A stretch of DNA of 64,000 bases from an uncultured delta proteobacterium (lineage in GTDB: Bacteria > Myxococcota_A > Polyangia > Polyangiales > Polyangiaceae): positions 640,001-704,000 of the forward strand of contig CAWJCS010000005.1 of NCBI GenBank assembly GCA_963841435.1. The letters are read 5' to 3'. The position numbers and the translations under genes were made by a program. The stretch's first letter is position 1, and every line of letters starts with the position of its first letter. Shown here one piece after another: positions 26,782 to 38,133 of the stretch. The notes below the pieces were generated by a model. It searched no databases. It saw nothing but the letters and a program-made list of their open reading frames with translations, and was not told the DNA's origin.

Positions 26782-28851
26782 TCAGAACGCCCGACCACCC
26801 ATGGCGAAGCTCCCACCGGCCCCAGCCTGGCCGCCCATGCCGCCGGCTCCACCGGAGCCGAAACCGCAATCGAAGGGGCAGCTCTGCTGTGTTTCTCCGC
26901 TGTCGCACGTTCCGTTGCCGCAGAAGCAGTCGTAGTTGCAGCTCGAGGTGCTCTCCGGAAAGGTGCACCAGCGGTCGCCGCACGACATGCAGTCGTTCGG
27001 GCACGAGAAGGGGTCCTCGAACGGGCTGCAATAGCCGTCGCCGCACACGGGGCAGTCGTAGGGGCACGACTCGCCGGCCGAGCAGACGAAGTCGCCGCAG
27101 TAGCAGTCGCTGGGACAGCTGCGCGGGTTTTCCTTCGCGTCGCAGTAGAAGTTGCCGCAATACGCGCAGTTGACCGCGCAATTGTTGGCGTCCTCGTACG
27201 CGCCGCAAACCTTGTCCCCGCAGTATCCACAGTCGAACTGACATTGCTCACCCGCCGAGCAGGTGTAGTCGCCGCAGTAGCAGTCGCTGGGGCACGACTG
27301 TGGGCCCTCGTTGAAGTCACAGAACCCGTTACCGCAGGTGAGCGGACACTCCCAGGGGCAACCGTTGTTGAGATCCTCGGGGTCACATTTGCCGTTGCCG
27401 CAGTAGTTGCCGCACTCGGTCGGGCAGAAATACCAGTCGTTGCCGTCACAGATGCCGTTGCCGCACGTGTAGCCGCACTCCTCGGGGCAGCTCTGCCAGT
27501 CACCGCTGTCGCAGCGTCCATTGCCGCAGCTCATGGGTTGGCACTCCCAGGGGCACTCGGTGTAGTCGCTCGGTTCGCAGAAGTTGTTGCCGCAACCGGC
27601 AGGCGAGCACTCCTCGGGGCACGGCTGATCGGTCGGGTCGCAGCGGCCGTTGCCGCACGTCTGGCACTCGTTCGCGCAGCCGTACTGCGCGTCGGTCGAG
27701 TCGCAGCGGCCGTTGCCGCACGTCGTCGGCTGGCACTCCCAGGGGCAGCTATTCGTGTCACCGGGATCGCAGCGACCGTTGTTGCAGCTCGAGTTGCACT
27801 CGCCTGGGCAGACCGTGCCGTCGGTCGGATCGCACTGGCCGTTGCCGCACGAGCACTCCCAGGGGCAGGTGTCCCAGTCGATGTCCTCACAGACGCCGTT
27901 GCCGCACGTCAACTTGACGCACTCCCACGGGCAAATCGCGAGATCGTCCGGCTCGCAGCGGCCGTCGCCGCACGTCGTGTTGCCACATTCCCAGGGGCAC
28001 GGGCCGTAGTCGGTAAACTCGCAGGTCCCGTTACCGCAGGTGTTGACGCCGCATTCGTTCGGGCACTGCTGGTAGTCGGGGAAGTCACAGACGCCGTTGC
28101 CGCAGGTCGTCCCGCCGCACTCCCACGGGCACTCGGCCCAATCGGGGTTGCCGTCGCAGACCAGGTTGCCGCAGGTGCTCGGCTGGCATTCCCAGGGGCA
28201 GGCGACCGCGTCCGTCTGATCGCAGGTGCCGTTGCCGCAACTGAAGATGCCGCACTCCCACGGGCACTGGATGTAATCGAGGCGGCCGTCGCAGACGCCG
28301 TTGCCGCAGGTGTTCACCCCACACTCCGGACAGATGCCTTCCTCGCCGGGTGCGCAATAGCCGTCGCCGCAGCGGCCGCCGCAGTCCGAGCAAAAGCCTT
28401 GCTCGCCCTCGTCGCAGCGACCGTTGCCGCAGGTCGAGACGCAATCGGCCGAGCAGTTTCGGCTGTCCTCGCCCGACAAGGAGTCGCAGTAGCCATCGCC
28501 ACAGACGGGCAGGCCGGGGCAGTCGAACGCACAGGTCCGGTACCCCTCGCCAATGTCGGGATCGCAGATGCCGTCGCCGCAGTAGCCGTTGTTCCCGCAG
28601 TCCGGGATGCACGATGAGTATTCGTTGGGGGCGCAGAAACCATCGCCGCAGAACCCGGGCGAGCCCCCGGTGCCCCCGCCCCCAGTGCCGCCGCCGCCCT
28701 TGCCGCCAGTGCCCCCGGTGCCGCCCTTGCCCCCGGTCCCATACCCGTAGCCGACCGCCAGATCCGCCCGACCGCAGGCAGAAACCAGCGTCGTGAGCCC
28801 GATCGCGAGGGCGAGCGCGCCGTCCCGTAGCCTCGACATCAGCGACTTCAT
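26782..28851 (-). CDS. Cys-rich repeat lipoprotein (about 28 four-Cys repeats)
   Basis: LVSA|C lipobox, Gly linker, repeats of C-G-[ND]-G-x-C-x(5-10)-C-P-x-[ED]-C. Confidence 0.88.
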   Translation of the reverse strand: MKSLMSRLRDGALALAIGLTTLVSACGRADLAVGYGYGTGGKGGTGGTGGKGGGGTGGGGTGGSPGFCGDGFCAPNEYSSCIPDCGNNGYCGDGICDPDIGEGYRTCAFDCPGLPVCGDGYCDSLSGEDSRNCSADCVSTCGNGRCDEGEQGFCSDCGGRCGDGYCAPGEEGICPECGVNTCGNGVCDGRLDYIQCPWECGIFSCGNGTCDQTDAVACPWECQPSTCGNLVCDGNPDWAECPWECGGTTCGNGVCDFPDYQQCPNECGVNTCGNGTCEFTDYGPCPWECGNTTCGDGRCEPDDLAICPWECVKLTCGNGVCEDIDWDTCPWECSCGNGQCDPTDGTVCPGECNSSCNNGRCDPGDTNSCPWECQPTTCGNGRCDSTDAQYGCANECQTCGNGRCDPTDQPCPEECSPAGCGNNFCEPSDYTECPWECQPMSCGNGRCDSGDWQSCPEECGYTCGNGICDGNDWYFCPTECGNYCGNGKCDPEDLNNGCPWECPLTCGNGFCDFNEGPQSCPSDCYCGDYTCSAGEQCQFDCGYCGDKVCGAYEDANNCAVNCAYCGNFYCDAKENPRSCPSDCYCGDFVCSAGESCPYDCPVCGDGYCSPFEDPFSCPNDCMSCGDRWCTFPESTSSCNYDCFCGNGTCDSGETQQSCPFDCGFGSGGAGGMGGQAGAGGSFAMGGRAF

Positions 28852-28878
28852 GAAATGGGGTCTCCCACGGGGGTGAAA

Positions 28879-28894
28879 AGCAAAAAGCGCGCCG
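28879..28894 (-). promoter_or_regulatory. Candidate sigma-54 (-24/-12) promoter of the Cys-rich lipoprotein gene
   Basis: Minus strand CGGCGCGCTTTTTGCT has GG-N10-GC spacing; it lies just upstream of RBS GGGAGA and the ATG at 28851. Confidence 0.5.
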
Positions 28895-29140
28895 CCGGCC
28901 TGTCCTCGCGGCTCCCCCGATTAGTGCGGTGATTGTGGCACATCCATCACTCCATGTGCCAAACCCCGGCTGGAACGTCTGGCACAGCTCCCGACAAATG
29001 AGACGGTGGCGGACGAGCCCAGGAAGGGCTCACTGAGCTGTTGCAAGGAACCCCCGCGAAGCCCCGACTTGCTGGTCGCCCCGACTGGAGCTAGGTTCCG
29101 CCCCCCCGCGGGCCCCCCGCGGCGAGAGAGAGCCCACGCC

Positions 29141-29353
29141 ATGAAGGACGGCATCCACCCCGAATACACCCTTTCGACCGTGACCTGTGCGTGCGGGAAC
29201 ACGTTCCAGACGCGCTCGACCAAGAAAGAGGTCGCCGTCGACGTGTGCGGCGCCTGCCACCCGTTTTATACGGGCAAGCAGCGCCTCGTCGACACCCAGG
29301 GCCGCGTCGATCGCTTCCGCCGAAGGTACGCAGGGCAAGCCGCGCTCAAGTGA
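29141..29353 (+). CDS. rpmE: 50S ribosomal protein L31 (Zn-binding type)
   Basis: [34 protein letters not shown]. Confidence 0.97.
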   Translation: MKDGIHPEYTLSTVTCACGNTFQTRSTKKEVAVDVCGACHPFYTGKQRLVDTQGRVDRFRRRYAGQAALK

Positions 29354-29491
29354 TCGAGGCGGGTTGCTGACCGCCCTCGAAAGCGCCTTTCTGCCCTGCG
29401 TGCCGAGCGGGGCGCGCGCTCTTGCTGAATCGATGCGGGCAATCGCGTCGCGCCGCTAGCGATCCTGCACGGCGTATTTATACTGATCGGG

Positions 29492-30595
29492 ATGTCGAAC
29501 CAGCCGGCCGTGATCGGACCCGACGGGGTCGCCCGCCCGTACATCGGGGGGCAGGCGCTCATCGAGGGCGTCATGATGCGCTCGCCCCACGGGTACGCCG
29601 CCGTCGTGCGCCGCCGGGACGGCTCGCTGCTCGTGCGCGAGGAGCCGATGGTGGACCTCCGGCGGGGCCCCCTCGCCTGGCCACTGGTACGCGGCGTCGT
29701 GGCGCTGGTCGAGGCGCTGAAGCTCGGCTCGCGGGCGCTGCGTTTTTCGGCCGAAGCGTTCGAGCAGGATCTCGCGGCCGAGGAGACCGAGAAGAAGGCG
29801 ACCAAGCCCGGGCTGCTCAGCGTGCTTTCGCTCCCCATCATCGCGCTCGTGACCAGCGACCCGGAGCTGCCTTCGGCGACCACGGGCGAGCCTAAGAATC
29901 GCCTCGCTACCTGGCTCTCGATCGGCTTCGCGCTGACGCTCTTCGTGGCGTTGCCGCAGGCGTTCGCTCAGGGGGTGAGCTCGGGGCTCGACCTCGGCCT
30001 CGACGTGCGCAGCGCGCCCTTCCAGCTTCTCACGGGCGCCGCCAAGATGCTCATCGTCGTCGGCTACATGCTGGCGATCCGGCGCATCCCCGAAATCTAC
30101 CGGGTGTTTCAGTATCACGGCGCGGAGCACAAATCGATCTACGCCTACGAGGCTGGCGATCTCCTCGCGCTCGAGGGCGCCCGACCGAAGACGACGCTCC
30201 ACCCGCGTTGCGGCACGACGTTCATCGTGATGGTGGCGCTCGTCTCCATCGTGGTGTTCGCGGCGATCGGTCCGCTCTTGCCGCACTTCGGGCTCGGCAG
30301 GCTGGCCGACAACGTGGCTTTTTTCCTGATGAAGCTGCCGTTCTTGCCGTTCATCGCCGCCATCACGTTCGAGCTGCAGCGCCTGCTCGCGCGCCACGCG
30401 ACGAAGGGTCCGCTCCGCGTGCTGCTCTGGCCCGGCTTCCTCGTGCAAAAGATCACCACCATCGAGCCGGACGACGCCCAGCTCGAGGTTGCGCTCGCCG
30501 CGCTCTCGGTCACGGCGCGGCGCGAGCAGTCTCCCGACACCGCGAGCTCGGGCGAGCGCTCCTTCGCCGACTTCGGCGCGCTGGTCACCGGCTGA
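29492..30595 (+). CDS. DUF1385 (YqhQ-like) membrane protein
   Basis: GGQALIEGVMMR, VFQYHGAEHK, HPRCGTTF, EPDDAQLEVA; typical rpmE-prfA context. Confidence 0.9.
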   Translation: MSNQPAVIGPDGVARPYIGGQALIEGVMMRSPHGYAAVVRRRDGSLLVREEPMVDLRRGPLAWPLVRGVVALVEALKLGSRALRFSAEAFEQDLAAEETEKKATKPGLLSVLSLPIIALVTSDPELPSATTGEPKNRLATWLSIGFALTLFVALPQAFAQGVSSGLDLGLDVRSAPFQLLTGAAKMLIVVGYMLAIRRIPEIYRVFQYHGAEHKSIYAYEAGDLLALEGARPKTTLHPRCGTTFIVMVALVSIVVFAAIGPLLPHFGLGRLADNVAFFLMKLPFLPFIAAITFELQRLLARHATKGPLRVLLWPGFLVQKITTIEPDDAQLEVALAALSVTARREQSPDTASSGERSFADFGALVTG

Positions 30596-30614
30596 GCCCC
30601 GGCGAAGGACGCCC

Positions 30615-31690
<1,076 letters not shown>

Positions 31691-31694
<4 letters not shown>

Positions 31695-32101
31695 CGTTCA
31701 GCGCCGATGCGGATGCCCTGCTTTGCGCGCTCATCCTCACGCCCACGACCTACTCGCGCAATCGCTTCTTCCAGCTCTTCGAGCAGCCCGAGCTTCGTCG
31801 TGTACGGCGGCGTGCGACGCGCGTGCGCGGCATCCTGCGGCAGCTCGCCGGGGGCGCCGAGGTCACCGGCGAGATCGAGCTCGCGGACGGACGGCGCCTC
31901 CTGCGCTACCGCGTGCAGCGGCTCCGCTTGTCGCGCTCGGCCGCGCTGTCGCCACTCGAAGCGGCGACGCTGCGTTTCGCGCTGGCGCGAGCCGCCCGCC
32001 GCGCCCCCGACGCCGCGGACCGCGCGCTCGTCGAGACCGCGCTCAAGCGACTCGGCGATGGCATGAAGGCGGCGGCCACCACCGAGCTCAGCGCCGACTG
32101 A
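31691..32101 (+). CDS. Hypothetical protein
   Basis: ATGA overlap with prfA; LCALILTPTTYSRNRFFQLF; coding-like codon bias. Confidence 0.65.
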
Positions 32102-32128
32102 CCACGCCGGCGGGACGGGCGCACGGCC

Positions 32129-32896
32129 TCAGAGTCCGGTGTACTCGACGAGCTCTTCGCGCACGTCGCCTTCCTCCGTGAGGACCTGTCCGATGCCCGC
32201 AGAGTAGTACTTGCGCTCGTCCATGCTCGGGTCGAGCACGGAGCGGTCGCGCGTCTCCACGCAACCCGTGAAATCTCCCGCGGGCACGCTCGCGCTCGCG
32301 GCGAGCGACAGCACCTCGGCGTCGTCTTCCGCCTCCCCGGCGAAGTACTCCTGGCGATAGCGATCGCCGACCTCGGGGTGCGCGAGCATCACGACGCCCG
32401 GCAGCGCTCCGTCGACTCCGGCCGTCCACGTGCCATGGGTGCTCACGACCTCACCGTTTTCGTATTCGGCGGTGTCCTCACCCAGGTACCAGACGTTACC
32501 GTGAGGATCCTCGGCATAGTAGTCGGTGGTGTCCTCGATGAGCTCGCCGTCGAGGTAAGCCGAGTCGCGAACCACGCGAGCATCCACTCCCCAGACCGCT
32601 TTGGTGTCGTCCTCGACGGACACCTCGATGCGCTCCAAGCCATCCGCGGTCTCGGACTCGTAGGCCCAGGTCGCGCCGGGCGGTAGCGGCAGGAATCGGT
32701 TCGTGATGTCCGGCGAGAGCATCGCGGGATCGACGGTGGGCGCGTAGGGCGCATAGGGCGCGGGGTTGTGCGTATCGGTGACGAGGGGACGGTCGTCGTC
32801 CTTCCCGGCTTCGCCCTCGTCGTCCTCGGCCCCGCAGCCGATGACCGCGAGCGCGAGAAATGAGCCGAATGCCAGACGGGCGGGGTATCGCAACAT
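32129..32896 (-). CDS. Acidic beta-rich lipoprotein of unknown function
   Basis: GGAGG RBS, AVIG|C lipobox; ITNRFLPL, GNVWYLGE, WTAGVDGALPG, YRQEY. Confidence 0.78.
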   Translation of the reverse strand: MLRYPARLAFGSFLALAVIGCGAEDDEGEAGKDDDRPLVTDTHNPAPYAPYAPTVDPAMLSPDITNRFLPLPPGATWAYESETADGLERIEVSVEDDTKAVWGVDARVVRDSAYLDGELIEDTTDYYAEDPHGNVWYLGEDTAEYENGEVVSTHGTWTAGVDGALPGVVMLAHPEVGDRYRQEYFAGEAEDDAEVLSLAASASVPAGDFTGCVETRDRSVLDPSMDERKYYSAGIGQVLTEEGDVREELVEYTGL

Positions 32897-32937
32897 GGTG
32901 CCTCCGCCGGTGAGTGCGCGCGGCGTCCAAAGACGGC

Positions 32938-35187
32938 TCACGGAGCGCGTCGCCGAGTCGCCCGGCCCAAGGCCCCAACGATACGTTCGCACGCGTCGGC
33001 CTCGCCCGCCGTGACCGCCGGCGCGCGCTCGGCCGCGTACGGAAGCGCGCGTGCTTTCGGGGCGCCGAGCTGCGCCGCCGGTAGCCAGGCGTGCTCGACG
33101 CTGCCGATGCGCGCCCCGGCGCCCACGAACAGCGCGCTCGGGTCGGGCCCGGTCGCGCGGCGCGGCGCGGGGCGAAGCGAGAGAGGTTGCCCGCCGGGAA
33201 GGAGCGCACCAAATCCCGCGACACGCTGGGCCACAGGGTCCGAGAACGGGTCACGCGTGCCGGGTAGGCCCTGCGCGACGAAACGAGCCACGTCGAGCCC
33301 GCCCGAGCGCTCGAGCCCGAGTGTGCGATGGACCGCAGCGAGGCGACGCTCGACTTCGTCGAGCGACATGCCGCCGGGAGCGCGCACGAGTGCCGACTCC
33401 TCGTCGAGCAGGAAGCTCGAATCGAGCGGCGGAGAAGACGAAGGATGCTGCGGCGCGGCGCCGAGCGGCGAGGCCGGACACAGAATGCCCGCAGGATCCC
33501 AGGCTGCTTTCACGGCGGCGAGTGCGGAGAGCGAGCCCGCGCCGAGGTCGGCGGCGAGCGCCTCGGCGCGCAACCGCCCGATGCCGTGGTGATGACTGAT
33601 GGTACCGCCCGCCGCGATGGCCGCTTTCATGGCGTCCTGCCAGAGCGTCACGTGCCGGTCGACCGCCTGCGCGCTCTTCGAGGCGCCGACGAGCGTGAAG
33701 TAGATACTGCAACCGTCCGGATAGGCGTGCGAAAGGTGCGCCATCACGAGGGCATGGCGGGCGAGAGCACGACGCACGCCGTGGTAGAGCGCGCCGACCT
33801 GGGACCACGGCGCCGCCACCTCCAGCGTGTCGCTGAACGCCTGGTGGCGAAACACCCGGGACTGTTCGTAGCTCACGGCATAGCGGCGCTCGAACCAGAC
33901 TCGCGCCGGTTCCTCGCCGAGGGCCGTGCCGCCTTCTTCGCGTGCGATCGTGCGGGCGCTGAGCGCGTCGTCGTCCACCTCGCCGTGCCGACCTTCGAAG
34001 ACGAGCACGAGCTTCGCGGCGCTCATCACGGTGCGCTCGAGCAATCCGAGCGCCCCCTCGAGCAGCTTCGGCGCGCCGAGCCAGCGCGTGACCCCGACGT
34101 GGCGATCCGGATCGATCGGACCTTCGGCGAAGGGGGGGGCGGCAGCGGGCGCGGTTGCCTTGAGCAACACCGAATCGAGCGGGTCGTAGAGCCGGGCAAC
34201 CGCCGGGCGCAACCCCGCCTGGTAGATGCGCCTGAGTGTAGAAAGCCCGGCAGCGAGGTGCGGCAGCTCGAACGCGGAGAAAGCGCGCGCCTCTGGAATC
34301 GGGTGCAGGCGCAGCTCGACGCGCGTCAGGATCCCGAGGGTGCCCTCCGACCCGACGAGGAGCGGGGTGAGGTCGAGCCCCCCGGCGCGCCGGTGAAAGG
34401 TGACCCTTTCGCCCGTGCCGAGAACCGAGTCCGCGGCAACGAGCATGTCCTCGATCTTGCCGTAGCGTCCCGAGCACTGACCCGCGCCGCGCGCCGCGAC
34501 CCAGCCACCGACCGTCGAGCACAGGATGCTCGACGGAAAGTGCCCGATGGTGACGCCGAGCCGGCCGAGCGCTTCTTCGAGCGTGACACCGAGCGCGCCG
34601 GGGCCCACCGAAAGCACGTCGCCACGCCGCTCGAACGTGCGCATCCGTTTGGTATCGACGATGAGCGTGCGGGCGTCGGGCGCGATGGCTCCGCACACAC
34701 CGCTGCCCGCACCGTACGGGACGAGCGGAATGCCCTCGCGGCGCGCGAGCTCCACGAGCAAGGCGACGTCTTCTGCCGACGAGGGCCGCACCACGCCCGC
34801 GGGCAAGGCGTCTGCAACGGCCGGTCCGTGCTGGAGCGCGATTAGGTGCCGCTGCCAGAGGTCGCGCGAGCCCGCGAGGCGGTCGGGCAGCGCCGTGGAG
34901 GTCTGACGCCGCAGTCGCGCGGGCAGAAGCGACACGACATCGGCCACGCCGGCAGCTTGGCAGAGCGCCCCCCAGGAGGCGAGCCCCGCGAACCGCGCGG
35001 CGCCCGAGCGCTCGGGGCGCAGGAGAACGGTCACGCGCTCGCCGGTGACGTCGACTGGAAGCTCCATGACCGCCTCTGCTTGACGCGCGGGAGGTCGAGG
35101 ACTCGGGGCTCTGGGCTCCGCCATGCGAGCGGCGGTCCGGCGAGCTGGCGGCCGACCATGAGGTTGGACCTTTCGAGTCGGCGTCAA
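32938..35187 (-). CDS. FAD-linked oxidoreductase, alkyl-dihydroxyacetonephosphate synthase-like, with a C-terminal extension
   Basis: PYGAGSGVCG, TIGHFPSS..STVGGWVAARGAGQ.S.RYGKIEDM, GSEGTLG, HLSHAYPDGCSIYF, GTISHHHGIG. The true start may be downstream (e.g. GTG at 34935). Confidence 0.85.
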   Translation of the reverse strand: MTPTRKVQPHGRPPARRTAARMAEPRAPSPRPPARQAEAVMELPVDVTGERVTVLLRPERSGAARFAGLASWGALCQAAGVADVVSLLPARLRRQTSTALPDRLAGSRDLWQRHLIALQHGPAVADALPAGVVRPSSAEDVALLVELARREGIPLVPYGAGSGVCGAIAPDARTLIVDTKRMRTFERRGDVLSVGPGALGVTLEEALGRLGVTIGHFPSSILCSTVGGWVAARGAGQCSGRYGKIEDMLVAADSVLGTGERVTFHRRAGGLDLTPLLVGSEGTLGILTRVELRLHPIPEARAFSAFELPHLAAGLSTLRRIYQAGLRPAVARLYDPLDSVLLKATAPAAAPPFAEGPIDPDRHVGVTRWLGAPKLLEGALGLLERTVMSAAKLVLVFEGRHGEVDDDALSARTIAREEGGTALGEEPARVWFERRYAVSYEQSRVFRHQAFSDTLEVAAPWSQVGALYHGVRRALARHALVMAHLSHAYPDGCSIYFTLVGASKSAQAVDRHVTLWQDAMKAAIAAGGTISHHHGIGRLRAEALAADLGAGSLSALAAVKAAWDPAGILCPASPLGAAPQHPSSSPPLDSSFLLDEESALVRAPGGMSLDEVERRLAAVHRTLGLERSGGLDVARFVAQGLPGTRDPFSDPVAQRVAGFGALLPGGQPLSLRPAPRRATGPDPSALFVGAGARIGSVEHAWLPAAQLGAPKARALPYAAERAPAVTAGEADACERIVGALGRATRRRAP

Positions 35188-35207
35188 CGCGCTATCCTAG
35201 AAGTATC

Positions 35208-36625
35208 GTGCCTTCCTTACCTCGCTCGTTGGCGCTGCTAAAGACCTTTGGATTTTGCGCTTTCATCGGGTGCAGCCCCGCGGAGAAGTCCTCGGACACG
35301 GCAGGTGGCAAAGGCGGGACGCCCGGCACGGGGGGCGCCGGCACTGGTGGACAGGGCGCGGCCGCGGGGGCAGCCGGCCTCGCTGCAGGCGGTGCTTCGG
35401 GCGGCGCCGCGACCGGTGGCACGGGCGGAGGCGCCGGCGACATGGCAGGAGCGTCGGCAGGCGGCGGCGTGGCCGGCGCGGGAGCAGCGGGCACGGGCGG
35501 CATTTCCGGTGGCAACGGCGGCGCGGGCAGTGGTGGCATCGCGGGCGACGGCGGGGCGAGCGCAGGAGCGGCCGGTGACACGGGCGGCGCGAGCGGGGCG
35601 AGCGGCGCGGGAGCGGGGGGCGTCGGCAACGTCTGGCACGCCGCGAAGGCGTCGGCCGTGACGGATGCCATGCTCGCGAGCGAGTACACGACGTGGAAGG
35701 GCCGTCATGCCCAAACGTGCAGCGATGGTAGCGCCGTCGTGAAAAAGGACGCTGGCTCGGTGGTGTCCGAGGGCATCGGCTACGGCATGTTGCTCGCCGT
35801 CGCCCAGGACGACCGCGCCTTCTTCGACGGACTCTACAAGTACTACGGCGACCATCTCGATCCGAAGGGCCTCATGAACTGGTCCACGGGCGTGTGCGAC
35901 CCGGCCGGGAACAACAACGCGAACGCCGCGGCCGACGGGGATCTCAACGTCGCCATGGCGCTCGTGCAGGCCAGCGCCCGCTGGACCGACGGCGGCTACC
36001 TCACGCTCGCCGAGACGCTCGCCGACACGATTCTCGCCGAGGAAACCGAGATCTGCAGCGGGCTGGCGATCCTCCGGCCCGGCGACAATTTCGGCGGCTG
36101 CAGCGATACGTCGAGCCCACGCGATCGAATCCTTCCTACTTCGCGCCGGGCTACTACCGCGTGTTCGCGGCGCGCTTCCCCGCCCAGGCGGAGCGCTGGA
36201 ACGCGCTCGTCGAAGGGACGTACGAGCTTTACCCTATCTACCAGGCGCGGATGGAAGGCCTGGTGCCCGACTGGAGCGCCATCGATGGCTCCGACTGGTA
36301 CGGCGCAGGCTACTCGTACGATGCCTGCCGCACGCCCTGGCGCGTGATGGTCGATTACGCCTGGAGCGGCGACCCGCGCGCGCAAACGTTCCTCGGCAAC
36401 GTCAACACGTGGGTGGCGGCACACGGGCTCACCGGCAGCACGCTACCGAATAATAGCGCTTTCGTCGGCGCGCTTTCGCTCGCGAGCGCGGTGGATCAAG
36501 CGGCGCTCGACGCGGCCGTGACGACGTGGCTCGGCTCGAACGGCGACGACATGCCGTACTTCCAGGGAACGCTGCGCGTGCTCTACCTGCACGCCGCCGC
36601 CGGCAAGTTCCCGTCGACGCTCTGA
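35208..36625 (+). CDS. GH8 glycoside hydrolase lipoprotein; apparent frameshift at about 36115-36130
   Basis: FIG|C, Gly linker, VSEGIGYGML, AADGD, then in the next frame NPSYFAP, LVPDW, YSYDACR. Confidence 0.88.
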
Positions 36626-36781
36626 AGATTGCTCGAGGATCGTCTTCGTCGCGCGCGGCGCGAGGCGCGCGGACCGGCAGCCCCTCGCTCGATCCCAGTC
36701 CTACGGTGCTCGACCGACGGGGGTCGAAAGAGTCCGCGCGCTCGTTGCAGACGCGGCCCGTGGGCATTAATCTCCTCGGCG

Positions 36782-37177
36782 ATGCCCTCGCCTCGCTGGT
36801 TCGTTTTCGCGCTCACGGTCCTTGCCGTCGCCTGTGGGGGCTCCGAGCCGGCGGCTCGTTCGGCCGACTCCGCCGATGGGAGCGCGCCGAGCGACGCGCG
36901 CGCCGACGGCAGTGGCACGGACGAGAGCAGCGGCGACGGCGAAGAGAGCACGGCCGAAGCACCGAGCGCGCCGAGCTGCGACGACGGCACCTGCACGACG
37001 TGTGGAGACGCCCTCTGCCCGAGCGGCTGGTACTGCGACGAGGGTGCCCCGGGCGGTCCCGCCTGCGGCTGGCTCCCCGAGTGCGCCACGAAATCCACCT
37101 GCGCCTGCGTCAAGCGTGCCTTCAGCGGCTGCCGCTGCGAGGACGAGGGCGGCGCCGCGCACCTGAGCTGCCGGTAG
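36782..37177 (+). CDS. Small Cys-rich lipoprotein
   Basis: LAVA|CGG lipobox, acidic linker, C-terminal domain with about 12 Cys. Confidence 0.75.
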   Translation: MPSPRWFVFALTVLAVACGGSEPAARSADSADGSAPSDARADGSGTDESSGDGEESTAEAPSAPSCDDGTCTTCGDALCPSGWYCDEGAPGGPACGWLPECATKSTCACVKRAFSGCRCEDEGGAAHLSCR

Positions 37178-37179
37178 TC

Positions 37180-38031
37180 GTGGCCGCTCGTCCCGTCGCC
37201 GACGTGATCTCGGAGCAGGTCGGTGCGAATGCAAGCGCCGAGGGCGAGCGGGCTGCGTTCGCGTCGCACCGAGCCCGGCTCACGCGCCTGCTGGTCGAGC
37301 GCGCGCGGCCCAATGCGTCGCTTTGCGTGCTCGGCGCGGGCAACTGTCACGATCTCGAGCTTGCCACGCTGCTCGAGCATTATGGCGAGATCCACCTCGT
37401 CGATCTCGACCCCGCCGCGCTCGAGCGCGCCCGCTCACGGCTCGAGGAGGGCGGCGAGCGCATCGTTGCCCATGCCCCGCTCGACGTCTCGGGGGTGCTC
37501 GACAAGCTCGAGCGCTGGGCGGCGTTCCGCGTCACTCCAGAGGAGCTGATCGGCCATGGTGACGCCACGGCACGCTCGGTCGCCGCAGCCTTGGGGGCTT
37601 CGTTCGATGTCGTCTTGTCGTCGTGCTTGCTCACTCAAATCCAGCGGGCGCCCGTGGCGGTGCTCGGCGATAAACACCCGCTGTTCGAGGCCGTACGCCA
37701 CACGCTCAGCGTCACCCACCTGCGCGTCTTGCGCGCGCTGCTCGGCCCCGAGGGACGCGCGCTGCTCGTCACCGACGTGACCGCCGACCGCATCGCCAAG
37801 CTCCCCGAGAGCGACGGCGGCGAAAGTCTCGTCCCGCTGCTCGACGAGCTCGTTCGCACGCAGGCCGTCTTCCAGGTGGCGCAGCCCGAGCTCTTGAAGG
37901 CCATGGTGCGCGACGACCCCGTGCTCGCTTCGAGCACGGAGGCAAAGGGGCCGCTCGATGCCTGGCTCTGGCAAAATGGGCCGCACGAACGCTTCCTCGT
38001 GGCGGCGCTCGAGCTCGTCCCGCGCCGCTGA
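37180..38031 (+). CDS. Putative class I SAM-dependent methyltransferase
   Basis: LCVLGAGNCHDL, IHLVDLD, FDVVLS. Confidence 0.65.
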   Translation: MAARPVADVISEQVGANASAEGERAAFASHRARLTRLLVERARPNASLCVLGAGNCHDLELATLLEHYGEIHLVDLDPAALERARSRLEEGGERIVAHAPLDVSGVLDKLERWAAFRVTPEELIGHGDATARSVAAALGASFDVVLSSCLLTQIQRAPVAVLGDKHPLFEAVRHTLSVTHLRVLRALLGPEGRALLVTDVTADRIAKLPESDGGESLVPLLDELVRTQAVFQVAQPELLKAMVRDDPVLASSTEAKGPLDAWLWQNGPHERFLVAALELVPRR

Positions 38032-38133
38032 CCGGGCCCGGCGAGCGCGACGGGCGCTTCTCGGGTTTTCGACGTGGTTCGTTGCGAACGACGCCGATCG
38101 AGGCTGCTCCTGCCAAGGACTGGCGGGGTGGTG

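Noticed and set aside
26860-28650. Periodic GTTGCCGCA repeats as a possible CRISPR array
   Set aside because: They are short degenerate codon repeats for CGN within an ORF; no cas genes are present.
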